The notes beneath the pieces are model-generated. The model saw only the letters and a list, made by a program, of their open reading frames with translations. It made no database searches and was not told the origin of the DNA. Below are positions 56,581-64,000 of a stretch of 64,000 nt of DNA, in pieces; the stretch's first letter is position 1, and every line of letters starts with the position of its first letter. This DNA comes from Octopus vulgaris (taxonomy: Eukaryota), in the NCBI GenBank assembly GCA_951406725.2, contig OX597814.1, positions 213,280,001 to 213,344,000 of the forward strand, in the 5' to 3' direction. A program made the position numbers and the translations under genes.

Positions 56581-56588
56581 TATATAAA
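56581..56588 (+). promoter_or_regulatory. Candidate TATA box (TATATAAA)
   Basis: Starts 64 bp upstream of the ATG at 56645. An alternative reading is a splice acceptor at 56570 (ctaatattcacag). The motif is weak evidence in AT-rich DNA. Confidence 0.35.
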
Positions 56589-56644
56589 TGCTTATCATTG
56601 CATATGGAATTGTATCTGGAATCGAGAAGAGAGCAAGGAACATC

Positions 56645-56738
56645 ATGTCCAAAATTCTAATCGTCATCGCATCTGCTCTACTTGCTGTCATTAGATCAGT
56701 AACTGCCTTGCACCCGCCATTTGTTCCTCACACAACTT
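56645..56738 (+). CDS. Candidate first coding exon of a secreted protein (signal peptide)
   Basis: aacatcATG context; MSKILIVIASALLAVIRSVTA|LHPPFVPHTT has a basic N-region, hydrophobic core and V-x-A cleavage site; followed by a GTAAGA phase-1 donor. An in-frame upstream ATG lies at 56588. Confidence 0.65.
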
Positions 56739-57149
56739 GTAAGAAGTTTTTACAATTTCATTTATAATTTTATGTTCTTCCTTTACGTACGTAAAACTAT
56801 AAAAATATGCTTTCTGTGAATTTAAAGGAAATTATACATAAGTGTCATTTGGAAAGTAAGGTAAGACGAATACATTTTTTTTTCTTTTGCAACTTCAAGT
56901 CGCTGGCGCTTTATTGCGAGAGGAAAAATAAGATAAAAATGCAACTGAATCGAAATATCTCGTCTGAAATGTCATATGAATACATATTCACAAAATATAA
57001 ATATAGGCTAGAAACAATATTGCTCACAAAACTGGTAACAACTTCATATTTTATCATTGTTCTCATATTTCACATATAAAAGTACTGCTAACTGGAACGT
57101 TCTTACTAAATGACTAACACTGTAAACTGATCAGAGAATTTGGATTACA

Positions 57150-57800
57150 CAATCGAACTAAACCTTAATCCCCTAGATTCCCCCACTTTACCCTAAAACA
57201 CCATAGACGAAATTTCTCTATGAAAACATTCATTAGGCTTCTTTACTCAAGGAAATTAGGTCTGAGTCGAATTAGAAATTACCTTAAAGACGGCTTATCC
57301 CCATGGTAAAAAAATAACGTTATACTTTCATTTAGAAGAGTCTTGGCGTCACCCACTCCCTTTCTAAAAAATCGAATACATCTTCCAATTAAACACTTTT
57401 AATTATTTAGTCTCCATATTCTCCATTCTATTAAATAACGCTTAATTTCCGCAAGAAAATTTGTGCCCCCATTCTCGGTCGGACGTCGACATCTTAACAG
57501 CTAAATAACACTCCAGTCTTTTCAAAACACATACTGGTTACGAAATTCCAGCATCAACTACTTTAGGGCCCCTATGTGTTCCCCGAACGCTGACTAAGTC
57601 ACTGATAAATCTCTTTCTTCTATTACAAATAAATTAGCACTTTCTCTGCCTTTCTGGGGTATTTATACAGGTATGATTATCTTCTTGTAGACGAGAGGAC
57701 ATCGACTGAACGTATCCGAAAAAGATCTTTACAAGTTCTTTAAAACTTGAAAATAGTACTAGAGAATCAAACTTCTTGGATGTGACTTTCGACTTAGTTT
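57150..57800 (+). pseudogene. Second degraded PLE RT fragment
   Basis: FTLKHHRRNF, FQNTYWLRNS..YF, YLYRYD, ERIRKR, YKFFK and NFLDVTFDL; parallels 22880-23330. Confidence 0.7.
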
Positions 57801-57801
57801 C

Positions 57802-57963
57802 CGGTGGTGTATATTTCGTTTGTCACTGTTATTTATGACAACCCTAACCCTAAAAACTTAAGCCTAACCCTAATACCCTAACCCTAAGACCTTAAAGCTA
57901 AAACCAGTAGAAACGCACGAAAGATGTCATAAATAACAGTGACAAACGAAAGATGTACCGCCG
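57802..57963. mobile_element. Small TIR element with internal telomere-like (CCCTAA) repeats
   Basis: Perfect 27-bp IR tttcgtttgtcactgttatttatgaca (57814-57840 / 57925-57951) around accctaaccctaa...ccctaaccctaa. Confidence 0.85.
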
Positions 57964-58126
57964 ATAGTTGTTGTTGACAAACAACGGCAGTAATTTTATT
58001 CAGCTGAATACACGTCATTGATTGGTTGAAATTACTGAAATAGGACAACTTTAACATGAAATAACTTCGTAAATATAAGTTTTTCTCAAAAATGCTAAGA
58101 GTAAAAGATGTTTTATATGACGCATT

Positions 58127-58206
58127 CTACCAGTGTCCGAAGTTTGAAAGTGTTTAGTTACAAAAAATTATTTTTTTAAATCTGTCGGTCAAAAGGTAAA
58201 GATCCG
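58127..58206 (-). mobile_element. DNA-transposon-like end; inverted homolog at 59906-59983
   Basis: cggatcttt.cc.tttga.cg.cagat...ttttttgtaactaa.cactttcaa.cttcggacactggtag. Confidence 0.75.
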
Positions 58207-58610
58207 AAAATCCCTCTTGTTCGTTCAGTTCAAGTAATTTTCAGAAGTTGATTAACTTGAGTATAAACTCTTACGATTAACTAATATTATATAATGATTA
58301 TATAGATAAAATAAAGCTGCAGCTGAGTTTAAACAAGATTAAGTATGATGAAACAAATGGCAGGTAACATAAAGATTATCACTGAACTCGGATTAGAAAA
58401 ATCCTATCAGAAAGAAATATCGGATTGTTTGTTAACAGAAATGTTTGAATGGAGCTTGACAGAAGATAAAAACCTAACAGAAACCTTAGTAAAATATACG
58501 TATTAAAAACCAGGAATACGACGGAAATATTTATCCCCAAGTACACTTACATATAATACTAAAAAGAAAAGAGATTGCTATTGCTTTCGTTTCTTTTCTT
58601 TTCCTCATAG

Positions 58611-58639
58611 ACTACAGCACACAAAGGCGTTTTCGTTAA
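58611..58639 (+). CDS. Candidate terminal coding exon (Y)YSTQRRFR*
   Basis: Strong polypyrimidine acceptor ttgctttcgtttcttttcttttcctcatag; joining it to the 56738 donor gives a 40-aa ORF. The join is unverified. Confidence 0.35.
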
Positions 58640-58992
58640 GAATAGGGAAAAAAAATCTTTTTTTTTTTCTTTTGCTACGCAAATGCAATATAGTTTGAAG
58701 CTGAGTCGGCATAGATCTATTATTGCACCAGATCTATTATTATGCTTGAACAATTACCAGAATGTAGAAGCGATGACTTAGCTTTGTTTCATATATCACT
58801 AGTTGATAAAAATCAAAAGATGCAGTAACGTTATAGCAATGGTAAATTTAGATTGCCAAGAATCACTAAGAAACTACACGACTACGTTGAAGTTGTTCGA
58901 AAAAAATCATTATAGCGTTGGGCTAATTATTCCACCTGAAAACTGACAACGCAACGTTTTCTTTAATGACACGTTGTAAGACAGCGAACAAA

Positions 58993-59387
58993 TCTTTATA
59001 TATAAAAGTGAAGTTGTGTGTCTGTCTCCTACGATTTAGATTCCTAACAACTCCCACATTTTGCGGTGCAGTTTAACCAAAACCGGGTATCTTATAGTCG
59101 TGATTCATATCGAGCACTTCTGGGTATTAGCGCGCGTCTACGATGAGTCTACGATTTTAAAAATAATTGACCATCATTGTTTTTCATTTTGATGCATTTT
59201 TTCGCTATTATATAAGGGAAGTAACTCTCTAAAAATGTCTACGATGAGTCAACGATTTAAAAAAAATTACCATCATTTCTTTTCCATTTTTAATGCATTT
59301 TTTTGCTATTTTTGGCTATAACTCTCTAAAAATGCTTATATAGTTATTTCCCTTACAAACCCGAGCAACGCCGAGCGATACTGCTAG
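58993..59387 (+). mobile_element. Non-autonomous Helitron
   Basis: a|TCtttatatataaaa 5' end; 3' cccgagcaacgccgagc hairpin-like motif then CTAG|t; inserted at A|T with no TSD; internal tandem modules. Confidence 0.88.
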
Positions 59388-59984
59388 TTATATCTATTTT
59401 GAACTGTTGCGTTAGTTAAAATGCAAAATTGTTTCCAGTTTGTCATTGGATACGCCACTAATAACGAACTTACCCGAGGAGGATAATTTTGTAATGAGAG
59501 TAAATCAAGTGACGCGCACATGTCTTACTATAATAAACTAGCATGTCTGAATATAACATACATTTTATATTAATATAACCTACTAGCATATCTTAATATA
59601 ACATACTAGTATGTTATATTAAAAGTTGAAGAACGTTGTAGTGTGTATATTAACGTACTATATTATAGTATGTTATATTAAGATGCACCTGCAGCTAAAG
59701 AGACAACAAAAGCCTCGAATCTTATTATATGCAAATGTGAGAGCTGCTTTCAGCCCTTGAACATGTGAGACGAAAAAATGTTACGACGCTAATCGGTAAT
59801 ATTTCCATATATTGCTGACTATTATCAACCCATAAATTTATTATTTGCTTTATTGCAACGCATGAACTGGGAAAAGACTATTCTTCCATCGGTACGCTGG
59901 AAAAGCGGATCTTTTCCCTTTGAACGGCAGATCGAGAAATGAATTTTTTGTAACTAAGCACTTTCAATCTTCGGACACTGGTAG

Positions 59985-60420
59985 TGCAGCGTTGTATTGC
60001 TTAATTTTGTTTTGGAAGTGCTTGGAATCTTGGTCAATTGATGACAAAAGTCCCTTTAATGACACTGGAGGTTAGGGGATTGCTGGGAGTTTAACCTTTC
60101 CACCACTGCAGGTGTCTTTCCAGGCCACTTTCTTGATTTACTATGTATGCACTCAGTTGTCCCTAAACCAATGGAATCTCTAGTACCATCTGCATAATGA
60201 ACTGCTGGATCATAATTGAAAGCTGCTTCATAGAAGTTGCTTCTCCGAGCAGTTGCAACTGCTCTTCGTTATGTAGTGGAGTTCCTAGTTCTTGTCAGCA
60301 GTGCATACCTTTGTTAATCACTTTGAGATACTCTGGCTTTTGTAGTGCACACTCTGTTCGTTTCTTGGCGTGCTTACCTTTCTGCAGCTGTCTCTCTTTC
60401 CCTGGACAGAGATATTCTTT
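59985..60420 (-). pseudogene. Helitron Rep/helicase N-terminal fragment
   Basis: Minus strand AAFNYDPAVHY...TECIHSKSRKWPG...CSGGKVKLP...PP..LKGLL...SKHFQNKIKQYNAA, resembling the RepHel zinc-finger region. Confidence 0.8.
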
Positions 60421-61459
60421 TGGCTGACCTTGACATTGTAGATAAATTTGACACTTACCTTGTAGGCATGGTTATATACGTATACAGAAATACACGGTTG
60501 CAGAAGAAAGTAAACAATGAAAATAACTTGGTAACGGAAATTATGTATCCTAATACGACGGGCAGAATGTAAATAAGAATAAATGAGAAATTTTTACAGA
60601 AAATAAAGAATTGTACGGGCTGAAGCGAAATTTGTCGCTCAGAGAACGAAAGAGCCAGTATGGAAGAAACGAGAAAAAAGCCGTCAACAACAGAAAAGCA
60701 CAAAACCGTTGCAAAAGTAAATAAGAAACGTGGAAGCGGTTCAACCGTTAGTCATGGTGTTCGTAAACCGTCCAAGTCTCAGAGGCTTTCATATAGCAAT
60801 GCTGCGCCCGTTGCTCGCCTCAAGTTGACATCAGCAAAACAGAGGTCCGTTGGAGTGGTCAGTATCCAAAAGAGTTCTCACGTTCCAAGTTCTAAGGTCA
60901 CATTCGCTTTGGCTGTAAGATTTCAGCTGTTTCCAGATTTAGTGCTACGACTACAGGAAAGGTGGCCTGCCGAGTGTGGCTATCCGTTCAAGTACTGAAA
61001 GTAACTTCCGATGTTTAGCCCTCCTTTTATCGGACCTTCCCCCATTGAGGTGAGCAGAGGTAGTTCAGAAACTCCTGCTCAAACATAAGTGTTTGACTGG
61101 ATCCCAATTAGTCACTGGATCTTGGGAAGGCAGCTGTCACACACTAGCTGCCAACCTGTAAGTCTGGACAAGGAGCTCCCGGTTTCACCTAAACCTGCTC
61201 TGTTATCTTTATCTTATCGCTATTGGACTTTATGAATCTTAGTTTAAGCATGAAAAAGAGAAGCAGGATATTAAAACGAGCAGTAAAATGAATAAGTGGT
61301 GTGGGTTTGACTTGAGTGGATCACGACTTGCCAGGAGGTAACCTATGCAATATAATCTCAAGACTTAGATAGGTACGTACGTACATACATACATACATAC
61401 ATACATACATACATACATACATACATACATACATACATACATACATACATACATACATA

Positions 61460-61939
61460 CGAGTAAGGTACTGAATAGTTCCTGACTTTAAGGGTGTCAC
61501 GAAAGATCTGGTTGGAATTCCAGCCTTCCGAGTTCTTTTACAGAGCTTTGAAAAACTGAGGGACCGTCGCAACAAATGTGTGAATCTGAGAGGCAAAGAC
61601 AAAGAAAAGTTACCTTCTACAGTCAAGCCGACCCCTAAAGGCCGGTTTCCCAGTCACCATGGCGGATAAACTTCCCAAATGGCAGGGCCGCCGGACCGTC
61701 AAAGAATTACTCATTTTTGCCGGCTGAGTGAACTGGAGCAACGTGAAATGAAGAGTTTTAATCTAGAACGCAATACGTCGCCCGGTTCAGGAAGCGAAAT
61801 CACAATTTCACAGTCATGATTCCCACACCCTACACTGGCCTCCAAGAATCTGAAAGGTGAATGTGTTCAATAAAATCATAATTAAGTGATCCCACTGTAT
61901 TTTTTTACCGTAAGCCACTAACTTTTCAGTACCCCCCCC
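61460..61939 (+). mobile_element. Mariner-derived MITE interrupted by a SINE
   Basis: Imperfect TIRs ggtactgaatagtt / aacttttcagtacc; residual C-terminus [10 protein letters not shown]. Confidence 0.7.
61594..61845 (-). mobile_element. Degraded type A SINE
   Basis: atttcacgttgctccagttcactcagccggcaaaaatgagt on the minus strand; TSD gaatctgaRagg at 61582 and 61846. Confidence 0.8.
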
Positions 61940-61966
61940 ATGTGTGTGTGTGTGTGTGTGTATACA

Positions 61967-62773
61967 CACGAGGTGCTATCAAAAAGTTCGCACATTACTT
62001 CTGTAGCGTGCACACAGATGACAGCGCATTGAGCAGAGTTGTTGCGCACACAGTGAGAGGTAGCAGTGGCCCTCATTCGGTAGTGTACCGAGTGACATTG
62101 TGTTTACTTCCAAAGTTGTGAAATCATTTGTCTTTTTTTTTTGTGATCACGTGTAAGCTGTAGCCTTCGATTGTTGTCATACGCAGGAAGTTGGATCAAA
62201 GCGCCAATGTGAAATTTCGCGTTTTAAGGTTGAGCATGATTCGGCAAGCTTACGGCATCGAGGCACTGGGTCGTACGAAATGTTTCAAGTGGAAGGGGCG
62301 CTTCAAAAGCGGAAGAGCTCTCCTGGAAGACGAAAAGCGATCTGGAAGATCTTCCACAAGCGTCACTCCTGGGAATGTGATATTGTGCGTCAAGAATTTG
62401 TCCCTCGGGGCAATCAAGAGTTCTGCTTCAAAGTTTTGAAGCGTTTGAGGGAGGGCATTCGGCGAAAGCGACCGAATCTGTGGTGTTCGAAGAACTGGAT
62501 TTTCACCGAGCTCTTCTCACTAATGAGTTTCTCGCCAAAAACATGGTATCGCTTCGGCACCTGCTCTATTCGCCAGATTTAGCACCTGCGGAGTTCCGTC
62601 TTTTCTCCAAGATGAAAATGCAGTTCAAAAATTGCCGTTTTAACATCATTGTCGAGAGCCAGAGCGAGTCGCAGAAGGTCCTCGACCTACTTACGGAAAA
62701 TGTCTATTTTATGTAAGTAAGTTATTTTTTTTATCAAACATAACTAGCCCGACAACTATTTGTTACCACCTGC
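61967..62773 (+). mobile_element. Internally deleted mariner remnant
   Basis: MIRQAYG, RFKSGR..LEDEKRSGRSS, LKRLREGIRRKRP and YSPDLAPAEF. Confidence 0.9.
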
Positions 62774-63029
62774 AATATATATATATATATATATCCATGC
62801 ATAGTTTTCTGCTCATATAGACTCATCCTTTCATCTGATGATACGTTGCGGTAGAGTCGTGCGAGGTCTTTGGGCATGTATTCTAGGCTATCAGACAAAG
62901 AGTATTGCTCGAGGAGCTGCCGTACAAGTCCTATGTATGTATGTATGTATGTATGTATGTATGTATGTAGGTAGGTAGGTAGGTAGGTAGGTAGGTAGGT
63001 AAGTAGGTATGTGTGTATATATGCATGTT

Positions 63030-63075
<46 letters not shown>

Positions 63076-63140
63076 GGGAATCGAAACCGCGATCCTCTGA
63101 CCGTGAGTCCGCCCCCTAACCACTGGGACTTTGCGCCTCC
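63076..63140 (-). mobile_element. SINE type B head fragment
   Basis: Reverse complement of ggaggcgcaa...cccagtggttaggg...gtttcgattccc. Confidence 0.8.
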
Positions 63141-63311
63141 GCAGATTGCCTAGTAGAACTGATACAAAAGGATTGCCTCCTTGCCTCGGGTAGAATTATC
63201 AGGAAAGTATTGGATAGCTGAAAAGAACGAGTAGCATGGTGCCGTAGGCTGCATCTCGTAAGCCCGCTACGCATGCAGGACTCCAGGAGCTCCAACAAAA
63301 CCTGTAATGAA

Positions 63312-63399
<88 letters not shown>

Positions 63400-63404
63400 C
63401 CAAC

Positions 63405-63700
63405 ATAACGTGACACTCCCGTAAAGGGAATTACATCACCGCTATATAGCCCAAGGAAGCATCGACGCTTCCTGTGGGCTTTGACACATTTCTTGTGTCC
63501 TTATATTTGCAAGAGGGATGCAAGCATCCCCACCAGCTAGAACTAGCAACCTGCAGGCATGCATGTTTCTGGGTCTTGACCGTCGTCAGTCCAGGGTAGC
63601 GAGTCCTCGCTAGCGGTGATACTTACCAAGCCCTTGCAAAATATATCTATTTACAGGGAAATCTATTCACTGGTCACCGTAATTAGAAATATTGAATATC
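63405..63700 (+). repeat. Diverged relative of the 24277-25197 repeat unit
   Basis: Shared tagc.c.a.gaa.catcg, tgacaca...tg.gtcc.ta and attcactg.tc...aattagaaatattg in the same order. Confidence 0.55.
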
Positions 63701-64000
63701 TAAACGTCTCAACGAGGTAGGAGCGGTGGTGGAGCGATAGAGTGGTTGTATAAAATAAGGCTGTCCATCTCATTCGTTTCACGAGATCTTCAATTTTCTC
63801 GAGGAGTATCCTGAGCTATAGTTTATTCGATGGCGTAGGTATTTTCTTAATCGAGTAATCCGTGTGGTGTAAATCCAGAGTAGTGTATAGATTGGTAAAA
63901 TCTTTAGCGTCTCTCACCTTAGCGAAGCAAACACACCAATCGCGTAAAGATTATGCATTTGCATCTAGTGAACGATGAATATTATTCAGAACGTTATGAT

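Noticed and set aside
57155-57200. Telomere-like repeats
   Set aside because: Better explained as PLE RT coding remnant (FTLKHH)

Overview
AT-rich, microsatellite-dense eukaryotic (metazoan) DNA that is mostly intergenic or intronic. Its SINE and repeat repertoire resembles a coleoid cephalopod such as Octopus; this is inferred from repeat style only. No prokaryotic genes, CRISPR arrays or rRNA are present, and most ORFs in the track are translations of simple repeats. Contents: four tRNA-derived SINE types (some with clean TSDs, one dimer, one head/tail chimera); five mariner-family remnants (one full length with perfect 36-bp TIRs); non-LTR fragments (CR1-like, Hero-like, R4-like); Helitron pieces; a tandem pair of zinc-knuckle ORF1-only elements; and many fold-back structures. 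Two signals stand out. First, Penelope-like element (PLE) remnants, mostly next to (TA)n tracts, carry at least 7 type-I hammerhead-ribozyme-like motifs, best at 44393-44478 (-), 30714-30759 (+) and 30257-30302 (-). Second, a candidate small secreted-peptide gene: a TATA box, a signal-peptide exon at 56645-56738 and a possible second exon at 58611-58639, giving a 40-aa precursor. All calls are by-eye readings; no searches were run.
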